Of a stretch of DNA of 64,000 nucleotides, positions 46,145 through 55,288 are shown piece by piece. The notes under the pieces were generated by a model that worked only from the letters and a program-made list of their open reading frames with translations, was not told where the DNA came from and searched no databases. Position numbers and translations under genes: made by a program. Origin of the DNA: Candidatus Desulfovibrio gallistercoris. Lineage in GTDB: Bacteria > Desulfobacterota > Desulfovibrionia > Desulfovibrionales > Desulfovibrionaceae. The stretch spans positions 24,515 through 88,514 of the forward strand of contig DWYJ01000087.1 in assembly GCA_019118745.1 (NCBI GenBank). The letters run 5' to 3'. Numbering within the stretch: the first letter of the stretch is position 1; the number at the start of each line of letters is the position of its first letter.

Positions 46145-47200
46145 CTACGGCATGAGGGGGGCCAGTTGCAGCCCGGTCTCCACCGGCAGGCCGCACATGA
46201 GGTTGGCATTGGCGATGGCCTGCCCGGACGCGCCGCGGCAGAGGTTGTCGATGGCGGAGACGATGATGAGCCGCGAGGTGCGCGGATCGACCACCAGGCC
46301 GATGTCGCAGAACATGGTGCCGCGGACGTTGCGGGTCTCCGGCAGGCTGCCCTTGGGCAGGATGCGTACCCAGCGGCTGCCGGCCCAGGTGCGGACATAG
46401 GCGGCGTGCACTTCGTCCAGCGTGGTGCCCGGCTGCTTGAGCTTGGTATAGATGGTGGAGAGGATGCCGCGGTTCATGGGGACAAGGTGCGGGTTGAAAG
46501 AAAGGGTCACCGGCTTGCCCGCCAGCAGGGAGACCTCCTGCTCGATCTCCGGCGTATGGCGGTGCTTGCCGAGGCCGTAGGCCCGGAAGGTGTCCGACAC
46601 TTCGCAGAACAGGGAGGGCACGACGCCTTTCCGGCCCGCGCCGGTGGTGCCGGACTTGGCGTCGATGACGATGTCCTCGGCCTCGATGAAGTCGTTCTTG
46701 AAGGCGGCATACAGGCCCAGGATGGCCGAGGTGGGGTAACAGCCCGGATTGGCGACCAGATAGGTCTTGGCGGCCTCGGCGGCGTAGAGTTCCGGCAGGC
46801 CGTAGACCGCCTGGGGAAGGAACTCTCGGCGGGTATGCGGCACATACCACTGTTCGTACACATCCACGTCCCGCAGGCGGAAGTCGGCGGACAGGTCCAC
46901 GACCTTAGTACCTTCATTCACGAGATCGGCGGCCATTTCCATGGCTTTGCCATGCGGGACGGCCAGAAAGACCACATTGCACTCGCGGGCCATGCGGCGC
47001 GGCTCGTATTCGGTGATCACCACCTCCGCGCCGGAGAGGTGCTCCAGGAAGGGATAGAACTCACCGAGGCGGCGTCCGGCCTCGGCACGGGAACAGGCCA
47101 TATTCAGCCGCATGCAGGGATGGGTCGCCAGCAGGCGGGCAAGTTCCATTCCGGTATAGCCGGTAATGCCCACAAGACCGGCGCGAATCATGTCAGGCAT
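46145..47200 (-). CDS. argC: N-acetyl-gamma-glutamyl-phosphate reductase
   Basis: ORF trimmed to the Met at 47200 (MPDMIRAGLVGITGYTGMEL). Active-site motif NPGCYPTS. Confidence 0.93.
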   Translation of the reverse strand: MPDMIRAGLVGITGYTGMELARLLATHPCMRLNMACSRAEAGRRLGEFYPFLEHLSGAEVVITEYEPRRMARECNVVFLAVPHGKAMEMAADLVNEGTKVVDLSADFRLRDVDVYEQWYVPHTRREFLPQAVYGLPELYAAEAAKTYLVANPGCYPTSAILGLYAAFKNDFIEAEDIVIDAKSGTTGAGRKGVVPSLFCEVSDTFRAYGLGKHRHTPEIEQEVSLLAGKPVTLSFNPHLVPMNRGILSTIYTKLKQPGTTLDEVHAAYVRTWAGSRWVRILPKGSLPETRNVRGTMFCDIGLVVDPRTSRLIIVSAIDNLCRGASGQAIANANLMCGLPVETGLQLAPLMP

Positions 47201-47372
47201 GGGAGTCGCTCCTTTGGTATGAGGGTTACGTTGGCAGGGACGCGTTGCGGCGCGTCTCGGCACGAGGGCCTGTCGACACAAACTTTATAAATAATCTCAA
47301 CAGATAGGATAAAACTGTTTACGTTCCATGTATCTTTGGGACGGCTCTCCTCGCGTCCCTGATCCTTTCCCC

Positions 47373-47410
47373 GGTAAAAGCGCGTTGGGGAAGGGAGGGG
47401 ACTTGGGGGA
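47373..47410 (+). repeat. RepB leader only (truncated copy)
   Basis: GGTAAAAGCGCGTTGGGGAAGGGAGGGGACTTGGGGGA. The usual hairpin is replaced by a different 9-bp hairpin (GGCAAAGGC..GCCTTTGCC) that spans the DUF1844 stop. Confidence 0.6.
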
Positions 47411-47447
47411 CGCGTGCCGTCAGCTTGCGCCATCCGGCAAAGGCGTC

Positions 47448-47759
47448 TCAGGCCTTTGCCTGATCCGCATCGCCCGGCGCGCCGCATTTCATGACGTATT
47501 TCATGCGCAGCTCGTAGAGCAGGCTTTCCAGCAGCTTGCGCTCCTGTTCATCCAGGCCCTGCGTGGTCTTGCGATGCAGCATCTCCAGCATGTCGATGCT
47601 GTGGCGGGCCAGGCGGGGATGAAGGGCCTGGACGCCGGTCTCGGGATTGGGCACTTCGCCGAGCTGCACCAGCGCCGCGGAAGCCAGCGACATGATGAAG
47701 GTGGAGAAGGTGACTTCCGGCAGAGCATCACGGGCGGAGGCGTCGTTGTTCTGGCTCAT
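47448..47759 (-). CDS. DUF1844 domain-containing protein
   Basis: ORF trimmed to the Met at 47759. FSTFIMSLASAALVQLGEVPNPETG...ARHSIDMLEMLHRKTTQGLDEQERKLLESLLYELRMKYV matches the DUF1844 pattern. Confidence 0.7.
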   Translation of the reverse strand: MSQNNDASARDALPEVTFSTFIMSLASAALVQLGEVPNPETGVQALHPRLARHSIDMLEMLHRKTTQGLDEQERKLLESLLYELRMKYVMKCGAPGDADQAKA

Positions 47760-47862
47760 GCTGAATTCCTCTGTGCCGGGCGGACCGTACGGCCTGCCCG
47801 GCCATGCGTGACGAAAGGATAGGCGTTGCGCTCGCCTTGTCGCGGGCGCAGCGCGGCGACCG

Positions 47863-49047
47863 CTAGCCGTGATGGCGTATGACCGGCGTGCCGGGCGGAA
47901 GGGCAAGGGCTGTTTCGTATGCGGCGAGGCCCTGTTCCAGGTAGTCCCGCGCGCCGCTGTAGCCGCCCACGGCGAAGATGCAGCGGTCCAGCGCGAAAAG
48001 ACCGGCCGTCACGTCGGCCCAGTCCACCCAGCCCATATGGCCGATGCGCACGATGCGTCCCTTGAGCTGATCCTGCCCGCCGGCCATGATGACGCCGTAC
48101 TTTTCCTGGGCCAGGCGCAACACTTCCACGCCGTCGACGCCCGCCGGCAGGCAGACGCTGGTGATGCCCCAGGCGAAGTGGGACGGGGCGAAGAGCTCCA
48201 GTCCCATGACGGCAAGGGCGGTGCGGGTGAGCATGGTCAGGGCCCATTGCTTGCGGTAGAGCGCTTCCAGTCCGTCCTTGAGCAGGATGTCCAGGCTGAC
48301 GTCCAGCCCCACGATCAGGTTGACCGGCGAGGTGAAGAGCGTCTGCCCCTTGGCCACGTTGTCGCGTTCCTTGGGCAGGTTGAAATAGAAGCAGCCGGAG
48401 GGGTTGCCCTCGGCCTTTTGCCAGGCCCGCGCGGAAAGGGCCAGCAGGGCCAGGCCGGGCGGCAGCATGAGTCCCTTCTGCGAGCCGGTCAGCAGGCAGT
48501 CGATGCCCCAGGCGTCCATGGGACAGGGGGAGAGGCCCACGGCGGAGATGCCGTCCGCCACCAGCAGCACGTCGCGCGTACGGGTGATGGCCGCCACCTC
48601 GCGCACGGGATGCAGGACGCCCGTGGACGTTTCGGAAAGCTGCATGAGCACGCCGCGGATGCGGGGATCGGCCTCCAGCGCCCTTTCCACGGCCGCGGGC
48701 TCCACGGCATGGCCCCACGGCACGTCGAGCTGCACGCATTCCAGCCCGCGCGCGGCGGCGATATGCTGCCAGCGTTCGCCGAATTTGCCGCCGTTGACGA
48801 CGAGCACCTTCTCGCCGGGCGCAAAGAGGCTGTGCACGGCGGCCGTCATGGCGCCCGTGCCGGAACAGGAGAGCGGGAGCACGATCTGCTCCGTGCCGAA
48901 GAGCGTTTGCAGCTTGCCCTGTACCCGCAGCATGATGTCCTTGAAGGCGGCTTTGCGGTGATGGATCATATCCTGAGCCAGCGCAAGGCGGACCTGTTCC
49001 GGCAGGGGAGTGGGGCCGGGGGTGAGGAGACGAGGTTTGTTCAGCAT
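47863..49047 (-). CDS. Class V aminotransferase (alanine-glyoxylate / serine-pyruvate / phosphoserine aminotransferase-like)
   Basis: 394 aa. LLTPGPTPLP N-terminus and TGSQKGLMLPPG (PLP-lysine motif). Confidence 0.87.
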   Translation of the reverse strand: MLNKPRLLTPGPTPLPEQVRLALAQDMIHHRKAAFKDIMLRVQGKLQTLFGTEQIVLPLSCSGTGAMTAAVHSLFAPGEKVLVVNGGKFGERWQHIAAARGLECVQLDVPWGHAVEPAAVERALEADPRIRGVLMQLSETSTGVLHPVREVAAITRTRDVLLVADGISAVGLSPCPMDAWGIDCLLTGSQKGLMLPPGLALLALSARAWQKAEGNPSGCFYFNLPKERDNVAKGQTLFTSPVNLIVGLDVSLDILLKDGLEALYRKQWALTMLTRTALAVMGLELFAPSHFAWGITSVCLPAGVDGVEVLRLAQEKYGVIMAGGQDQLKGRIVRIGHMGWVDWADVTAGLFALDRCIFAVGGYSGARDYLEQGLAAYETALALPPGTPVIRHHG

Positions 49048-49101
49048 GGCGTTTCCTTCAGGGCCCGGCGCGCGCCGGGCGTTAGTGGGCAGCGCGGCGC
49101 G

Positions 49102-50292
49102 TCAGTCGGCGCGCTGGGCAATGAAGCATTTGAGGTAGGCCGTTTCCGGCATGGCCGCATGGACGGGATGATCCGGCCCCTGACCGCCCGCAAAGAGGAG
49201 GCGCAGGGCGGTCTTCTGCCGCGCGGCGGCCAGACTCAGACAATGCCGCAACTCGTCGGCCGGCAGATGGTGCGAGCAGGAACAGCTGGCGATGACCCCG
49301 CCCGGCGACAGCAGTTGCAGGGCCAGCGCGTTGATCTTGCGGTAGGCGGCCAGCCCCTGCGCCGCATCCTTGCGCCGCTTGATGAAGGCGGGCGGGTCCA
49401 GGCAGATGAGGGAAAAACGCCGCCCGCTGTCGTGCAGTTCGCGCAGCAGATCGAAGGCGTCGCCGCACAGGGTGCGGATGCCGTCGCCGGTCAGATGGGG
49501 CGCATTGCGCGCGGCATTGGCGCCTGCCAGCTCCACGGCCTGCGGCGAAGCGTCCAGGAAGGTGACGGACCGGGCCCCGCGTGCGGCCGCCGTGGTCCCG
49601 AAGCCGCCGGCATAGCAGAAGATGTCCAGCACGTCCGCGCCATTGGCGTAACGCGCGGCCTCCTGCCGGTTGGCGCGCTGATCGTAGAACCAGCCGGTCT
49701 TCTGCCCGTCCAGCAGCGGGGCGGTGAAGGTGCAGCCGTTTTCGGGCAGCTCCAGCCGCCGGGGCACCGGGCCGTCCAGGACGTTCTCGCGGGAAAGGCC
49801 TTCCAGCGAGCGCGACGCCAGATCATTGTCCCAGAGCAGGGAGGTCGGGTGCAGCAGCTCGTCCAGACAGGCGGCGATGGCCTCCCGCCGCACTTCCATG
49901 CCCGCCGTGCCCAGTTGCAGAGTCAGATGATCGCCGAAGCGGTCGATGACCAGGCCGGGCAGCAGATCCCCTTCTCCGTGGCAGAGGCGGTAAAAGGGCT
50001 GGTCGAAAAGGCGGGAGCGCAGTTCCAGCGCCGCCTGCAGGCGTTGCCGCAGCAGGCCGGCGTCCAGTTCCGTCTCCGGTGAGCGGCTGTAGAGCCGGGC
50101 GCAGATGAGCGAATGCGGATTGACGAAGGCACTGCCGATGGAGCCGCCGCGGGCATCCCGCACCGTGACGGCCTCGCCGGGGGCAAAGGCGGAAAGCGGG
50201 CTTTTCTTGCTGTCCACCTCGTTGCCGAACACCCAGAGGTGCCCGGCGCGCAGGCGGCGATCCTCGCCCTTGTTGAGCCAGAGGGTCTGCAT
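49102..50292 (-). CDS. rlmI: SAM-dependent rRNA (cytosine-C5) methyltransferase RlmI-like
   Basis: 396 aa. PUA-like N-terminus (LWLNKGEDRRLRAGHLWVF), then VLDIFCYAGGFG and ICLDPPAF motifs. Confidence 0.86.
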   Translation of the reverse strand: MQTLWLNKGEDRRLRAGHLWVFGNEVDSKKSPLSAFAPGEAVTVRDARGGSIGSAFVNPHSLICARLYSRSPETELDAGLLRQRLQAALELRSRLFDQPFYRLCHGEGDLLPGLVIDRFGDHLTLQLGTAGMEVRREAIAACLDELLHPTSLLWDNDLASRSLEGLSRENVLDGPVPRRLELPENGCTFTAPLLDGQKTGWFYDQRANRQEAARYANGADVLDIFCYAGGFGTTAAARGARSVTFLDASPQAVELAGANAARNAPHLTGDGIRTLCGDAFDLLRELHDSGRRFSLICLDPPAFIKRRKDAAQGLAAYRKINALALQLLSPGGVIASCSCSHHLPADELRHCLSLAAARQKTALRLLFAGGQGPDHPVHAAMPETAYLKCFIAQRAD

Positions 50293-50295
50293 CGG

Positions 50296-52038
50296 CTAGT
50301 TTCCTGCCTTTTCCAGCTGGGCCTTGACGAGATCGGCCAGCGGGCTCTTGCCCGGCGTGGATTCCACCTGCAGGCGCGTCACCAGTTGCAGCAGCCACAG
50401 GGGATTGTCGGGCTGGACGGGGATCCAGTCGTCGCCGGTGATGCCTATCTTCAGTTCGCCGGGCGTGGCGATGAACGTCTTGAGGGCGGGCAGGACCGCC
50501 GCGCCGTTGGGCAGGTTCGCGGCAAGCATCTGGGCCAGGGTGTCCATGCTCATCTGGGCGACGGCCGGATCTTGATCGACGTTGAGGGCGACGATGGGCA
50601 TGAGGCCCTTGTCCGTCAGGCGGATATCCAGATGGCGCAGCCCCGTCCAGGGGCCAAGGATGCTCTTGCCCCGCATCTCATAGACGTACTCCACATCGCA
50701 GAGGGAATCCGCCGTGAATTTTCCTTCAAGACGGGAGGCCTCGCCCGTGAAGGTCTGCGTGCCGGAGGCGTTGAACCGAAGCTCCTTCAGGCCGGGAAGC
50801 TTGACCGGGATGGGGCTGGCCGCGAGCAGGGTCGTGGGGATGAGGAAATTGGTCATGGTGCTGGTCAGGGTCTGCGTGCCCTGATCCTGGGTCCAGGTGT
50901 TGTCCAGCAGTTCCATCGCCACGGCGATGCCGTTCGTACTGACGTTCAGGCTCTTGATCAGCGCATGGGAGAAGATGGGCTCCCGGGCCACGCCGGCCAG
51001 AAAGAGCTCCAGCACGTAAGGATCATTCACCGCACGCAGTTTTTCTATCAGCTTGCTTTCGGGAAGGGCCAGATCCTGTACGCTGAACTCGTCAAAGCGC
51101 ATGTCGAGGGGGGCGCCGCCGGCATCCGCCACGTTCAGCTGGAGCTTCCGGAGCGAGATCTGCTTCAGGCTGCGCGCCTTTTCGGCGCGGGCGATCTCAA
51201 ACCCGCCAAGGCGGCACGTCTCGTGGGAAAACGGCAGATCCGCATCGGTCATGGCAAGCAAGGTGAAGGGGATATCCTCGATAAGGGCATCCCATATCTG
51301 TGCCGCATCCTCCAGGCCGCCAAGCTTCTCCAGCGTACGCGGCATCAGGCCCGTGACCGTCAGCGAGCCCAACTGCAGAGGGGGCTCGTCATCCTTCAAC
51401 AGCGCGCATTTTTCCAGCCTGATGCTGCCAATACGCCCCTGCGTGTCCCATTTCTCCAGCGTCCCCTTGTCCAGGGTCAGTTTGAGATCCGGTTTATCCT
51501 GCGGGATCAAGTTCAGTTCGGTCTTTTCCAGCAGGAGGGAGCGGACGGCGAGCTGGGTCAGCGTTTCCTGCAGGTCTCGCGAACCGCTGCGGATTTTTTT
51601 GAACTGTTCGCCCGAGATGGCCAGTCCGTCGCCTTCCACCCTGCCGATGGTCAGGAGGGCACGGTCGCCCTCGGAAGAGGTCTGTTCACAGGAGAGCTCC
51701 GTCCCCTGCCAGTCATCCAGCAGGGTCAGATAGCTCTGCGGCGAAAGGAGGAAGTCCAGTGCGGACAGGGAATGCAGAGCCGCGCGCAGGCTGACGGTGG
51801 CCTGGACTTCCCGGGCCGTGACGGTGGCGTCCTTTTCGGGGAGGGGATAGCGCACGTCATGCAGGACGAGGCGGCGGGAGAAGGAATCGTACTCCCATGA
51901 AGCGATGCTGGCGTCCTTTTGGTCCTGGATCTTTTGTACGCCGTTCGCCAGCAGGGTACGGATCGCCGTGTCCACGGCGTAGCACAAGCCGCCTGCGACG
52001 AGGAGCAGGACAAGCAGGAAGGTGATGGCTCGTTTCAT
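50296..52038 (-). CDS. Hypothetical N-terminally membrane-anchored protein (paralogue B)
   Basis: 580 aa. Single N-terminal TM (AITFLLVLLLVAGGLCYAV). The rest is predicted extracytoplasmic and I recognise no motif. Shares a C-terminal block with the upstream gene. Its stop lies 4 nt from the rlmI start. Confidence 0.7.
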   Translation of the reverse strand: MKRAITFLLVLLLVAGGLCYAVDTAIRTLLANGVQKIQDQKDASIASWEYDSFSRRLVLHDVRYPLPEKDATVTAREVQATVSLRAALHSLSALDFLLSPQSYLTLLDDWQGTELSCEQTSSEGDRALLTIGRVEGDGLAISGEQFKKIRSGSRDLQETLTQLAVRSLLLEKTELNLIPQDKPDLKLTLDKGTLEKWDTQGRIGSIRLEKCALLKDDEPPLQLGSLTVTGLMPRTLEKLGGLEDAAQIWDALIEDIPFTLLAMTDADLPFSHETCRLGGFEIARAEKARSLKQISLRKLQLNVADAGGAPLDMRFDEFSVQDLALPESKLIEKLRAVNDPYVLELFLAGVAREPIFSHALIKSLNVSTNGIAVAMELLDNTWTQDQGTQTLTSTMTNFLIPTTLLAASPIPVKLPGLKELRFNASGTQTFTGEASRLEGKFTADSLCDVEYVYEMRGKSILGPWTGLRHLDIRLTDKGLMPIVALNVDQDPAVAQMSMDTLAQMLAANLPNGAAVLPALKTFIATPGELKIGITGDDWIPVQPDNPLWLLQLVTRLQVESTPGKSPLADLVKAQLEKAGN

Positions 52039-52087
52039 GATGTTCTCCCGAAATGGTGCTGCAGGCCGGTGGCGGCCGCCTTTTTCT

Positions 52088-53527
52088 TTATTTCTGTTTT
52101 TTCTTCACGCTGTCAATCTGTGTGCGCAGCGTCTCCGGACCGGGCTCCACCGTGATGATGAAGGGGGGATCCGCCTCCGCCGGCAAGGCGGCAAAGGGGT
52201 TCCAGACCGTCCCGTCCGGCATGCTGACGTCCAGCGTCCCGGGCTGCCGCCAGAGGCGCAGCAGCGCCTCGCGCAGCGGCTGCGGCAGGGTGACGGGAAG
52301 GCGATCTTCCAGCAGGGCCAGAGGATCGCGCAGGGCCCCGGGCTGATTGAGGGCCACAAGCGCCAGCAGCCCCTTGTCGGCGTAGTGGAGGGAGAGCTGA
52401 CGCACGCCCGCCCCCTCCGCGAGGATGGCGGCTGAAAAACTGCCGTCCGCCAGGCTGCTCCGCCAGTTGAGCCGCTCCACCGTCCCTTCGTCGGTCACCT
52501 GGCTCTGGGCGCTCATATCCCAGTGCCAGACGGCGCCCTCAGGCAGCTTGAGCCGCAGGGCGCCGGCCAGGGTGTCGGCATAGAGCCGGCCCCCTTCGAG
52601 GCGGCGTTGCGAGTTCCTGCCGTCCAGGTCCGCATCCTTTTCCCAGGAAAGACGCTCTATGGCGAACAGCGGGGCATCCGCCAGGCGGCAGCGCACGTCC
52701 TCAAGGCTCCAGCCGTTGTCCCCCCGGTAGCTGCTGGGCAGGTTGCGGGCGGCCACGGAGGCCGGCACCAGGCAGCGCGTCAGGCTCGCCAGCATGTCCG
52801 GGGCGTCCAGCATGTCGGCAAGCGGCAGAGCGGCATGGCGCAGCGTATGGCATTCCACCGTATACGGCGCGCTGACCAGCGTGATGTCTTCACCTTCCAG
52901 ACGGAGCAGCTTGCCGTCGGAAAGGGCCTCGGCCGTCAGTTCCCGTATGCCCAGGCGCAAGGGGGCAAGCAGGGACGGCGCGTCATAATCGCAGAAGTCC
53001 GCCGTATAGCCGGAAAAGCTCAGTCCCTTGCGGAAGGTCTCCAGCGTGGCGGTCCCCCGGTCCAGGGCCCAGAGCAGGGAAGGGGAGATCTCCAGATGGG
53101 TGATGTGCTGGCGCTGGGCGCTCCAGGCCCCCTCCGCCGTTTGCAGGCGCGCCCCCTTCAGGATGACGTCATCCAGCACGAGCGGTCCGCGCTCTTCACC
53201 GGGGAAAGTGCCCTGTCCCCCCTCCAGGGCCTGCAGGGTGGCATGGAGATGCTCGGTATTGAGCTTGACGGAAAGTTCACTGACCTGCAGGCGCAGACCG
53301 CCGCCGGGCTGGCGGATGTCCAGATCCCGCAAATTGATGCGTCCGGCCAGCAGGGAGGCCTCCACCTCCCCCGTGACGGCCGCCGGCTGGCCCTGGCGGG
53401 AAAAGATGTGCGGCAGGCCGTCCAGCAGGGCCTGCTCCATGCGTTGTTCCGCCTGGTGCAGGAAGCCGTAGGCCACCAGACAGAGCAGTGCCATCAGGAC
53501 GAACAGGGCAAGAAAAAATTTTTTCAT
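52088..53527 (-). CDS. Hypothetical N-terminally membrane-anchored protein (paralogue A)
   Basis: 479 aa. N-terminal TM (FFLALFVLMALLCLVAYGFL). The C-terminal block VRQLSLHYADKGLLALVALNQPGAL resembles LRHLDIRLTDKGLMPIVALNVDQDP of the downstream gene. Confidence 0.7.
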   Translation of the reverse strand: MKKFFLALFVLMALLCLVAYGFLHQAEQRMEQALLDGLPHIFSRQGQPAAVTGEVEASLLAGRINLRDLDIRQPGGGLRLQVSELSVKLNTEHLHATLQALEGGQGTFPGEERGPLVLDDVILKGARLQTAEGAWSAQRQHITHLEISPSLLWALDRGTATLETFRKGLSFSGYTADFCDYDAPSLLAPLRLGIRELTAEALSDGKLLRLEGEDITLVSAPYTVECHTLRHAALPLADMLDAPDMLASLTRCLVPASVAARNLPSSYRGDNGWSLEDVRCRLADAPLFAIERLSWEKDADLDGRNSQRRLEGGRLYADTLAGALRLKLPEGAVWHWDMSAQSQVTDEGTVERLNWRSSLADGSFSAAILAEGAGVRQLSLHYADKGLLALVALNQPGALRDPLALLEDRLPVTLPQPLREALLRLWRQPGTLDVSMPDGTVWNPFAALPAEADPPFIITVEPGPETLRTQIDSVKKKQK

Positions 53528-53568
53528 GGCAGGAAAGAAAGGGGCGGCCCGGGCCGCCCCTCCGTCGA

Positions 53569-55167
53569 TCAGTCGATGCGGTGATGGCAGCCGAGGCTGT
53601 GCGGATTGCGCATGGCGGCCTGCGTGATGACATAGGCCGTCTGCGAGCCGTGGAACAGGTCGACCAGCCGGCGGGAGATGCGCGTGGTCTTGTAGAAATC
53701 ATGGATGTGCCGCACGAGGTCGCGCATGTCTTCAAAGGCGCGGCGCAGCCGCGGTTCGGAGCGGGATATCCCCACATAATTCCACATGGTGCTGCGGATA
53801 TTGAACCAGTCCTGCGCCACCAGCGCCGGGTCGTCGCGCTGTTCGTCGCCCTCATGCTGCCAGTCGGGGATGGCGTCGGCGAGTCCCTTGGGGATGACGC
53901 CGTGCTTGCGGCCCACCTGCTTGGCCAGGTCCCGCCCGCAGGACACGCCCCAGACCACGCCCTCCAGCAGAGACGTGCTGGCCAGACGGTTGGCGCCATG
54001 CAGACCCGTGCAGGCGCATTCGCCGATGGCGTAGAGGTTGGGCATGGAGGTGCGGCCGCAGGCGTCGGCCAGAACGCCGCCGCAGAAATAGTGCGCCGCC
54101 GGGACCACGGGGATGGGTTCCTTGCGGATGTCGATGCCCACTTCCAGGCACTGGTTGAACACCGTGGGGAAGCGGGTGGGCAGATCCTGCTTCACGCCGC
54201 TCACGTCGAGGAAGAGGCAGGGGGAACCGCTGTGCAGCATCTCTTCCATCATGGCCTGCGCCACGATGTCGCGCGGGGCCAGGTCGCCGCGCTTGTCATG
54301 CCGCAGCATGAAGGGCTGCCCGTTTTCGTCCAGCAGGCGCGCCCCTTCGCCGCGCATGGCTTCGGTGATGAGGGGACGGCGGTTGCTGCGTTCTTCATAC
54401 AGGGCCGTGGGGTGGAACTGCATGAATTCCAGATTGGCCAGCGCCACGCCGGCGCGCGCGGACATGGAGATGCCCGCGCCCACGCAGCCGGGGGCATTGG
54501 TGGAGTGCAGGAAGACCTGGCCCACGCCGCCGGTGGCCAGCACGGTCCAGTCGGCGAGGATGGTCTCCGGCTCGCCGCTCTCCTCGTTAAGGACATAGGC
54601 CCCGAGGCAGCGGTTGGTGATGCTGTAGCGGTACTGGGTGATGCGGTCGTGGTGGCGGCTGGTCAGAAGGTCGATGGCGGCCCGCCGGAAAAGGCGCGTG
54701 ATGCGCGGATGGGCCGCCACCTGCGCCGTGAGGCCGTCCATGATGGCCTTGCCGGAATAATCGGCCCGGTGCAGGATGCGCGGCGCGCCGTGGCCGCCTT
54801 CCCGCGTGAGGTTGAAACTGCCGTCGGGGTTGCGGTCGAACTGGACCCGCGCGCGTTCGAGCAGCATCTCGTCCACGCAGACGGGGCCCTGGCGGCAGAG
54901 CTGCCGCACGGCCGAGCGGGAGTTGTAGCGGTGGCCCGCCACCATGATGTCATGTTCCAGAGCGCGCGCTTCGGCTTCCGTATCATCGGTGGCGGCGCGA
55001 TAGATGATGCCGCCCTGCGCCAGTTCGGAATTCCCCTGGCCGAGGTTGTCCCCGGCGCTGATCAGCAGAACCTCATGGCCGGCGTCGGCCAGCGTGAGCG
55101 CGGCCGTGCAACCGGCGACGCCGGACCCGATGATCAGGACCGGCACATGACAACGGGTGTGACTCAT
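53569..55167 (-). CDS. nadB: L-aspartate oxidase
   Basis: 532 aa. FAD motif VLIIGSGVAGCTAA, plus GGIIY and RPLITEAMRGEGA motifs. Confidence 0.93.
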   Translation of the reverse strand: MSHTRCHVPVLIIGSGVAGCTAALTLADAGHEVLLISAGDNLGQGNSELAQGGIIYRAATDDTEAEARALEHDIMVAGHRYNSRSAVRQLCRQGPVCVDEMLLERARVQFDRNPDGSFNLTREGGHGAPRILHRADYSGKAIMDGLTAQVAAHPRITRLFRRAAIDLLTSRHHDRITQYRYSITNRCLGAYVLNEESGEPETILADWTVLATGGVGQVFLHSTNAPGCVGAGISMSARAGVALANLEFMQFHPTALYEERSNRRPLITEAMRGEGARLLDENGQPFMLRHDKRGDLAPRDIVAQAMMEEMLHSGSPCLFLDVSGVKQDLPTRFPTVFNQCLEVGIDIRKEPIPVVPAAHYFCGGVLADACGRTSMPNLYAIGECACTGLHGANRLASTSLLEGVVWGVSCGRDLAKQVGRKHGVIPKGLADAIPDWQHEGDEQRDDPALVAQDWFNIRSTMWNYVGISRSEPRLRRAFEDMRDLVRHIHDFYKTTRISRRLVDLFHGSQTAYVITQAAMRNPHSLGCHHRID

Positions 55168-55288
55168 GATCTTGCCTCAATGCCCGCAGGCGGTTGGAGA
55201 CTTGCGCCGGAGCAGCGGAACGCGGCTGCTCCGGCGGCAGGGAAGGGGCGCGACGCCCCCGCGAAGATGACGCCTTGTTCGCGTCGCC

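Noticed and set aside
42004-47410. Could the regularly recurring RepB hairpins be a CRISPR array?
   Set aside because: Copies are separated by whole genes (about 1 kb or more). The repeats are long, variable and palindromic with leaders. There are no short uniform spacers and no cas genes.
47869-50082. 737-aa plus-strand ORF, and similar long antisense ORFs: 67..1305, 4364..6406, 22075..23838, 23199..24989, 36600..37991, 39581..41068, 53488..55407, 57458..59125 and 60619..62025.
   Set aside because: Each lies opposite a gene with clear family motifs. Each spans gene junctions or repeats and has Gly/Ala/Arg/Pro-rich composition typical of out-of-frame GC-rich DNA.
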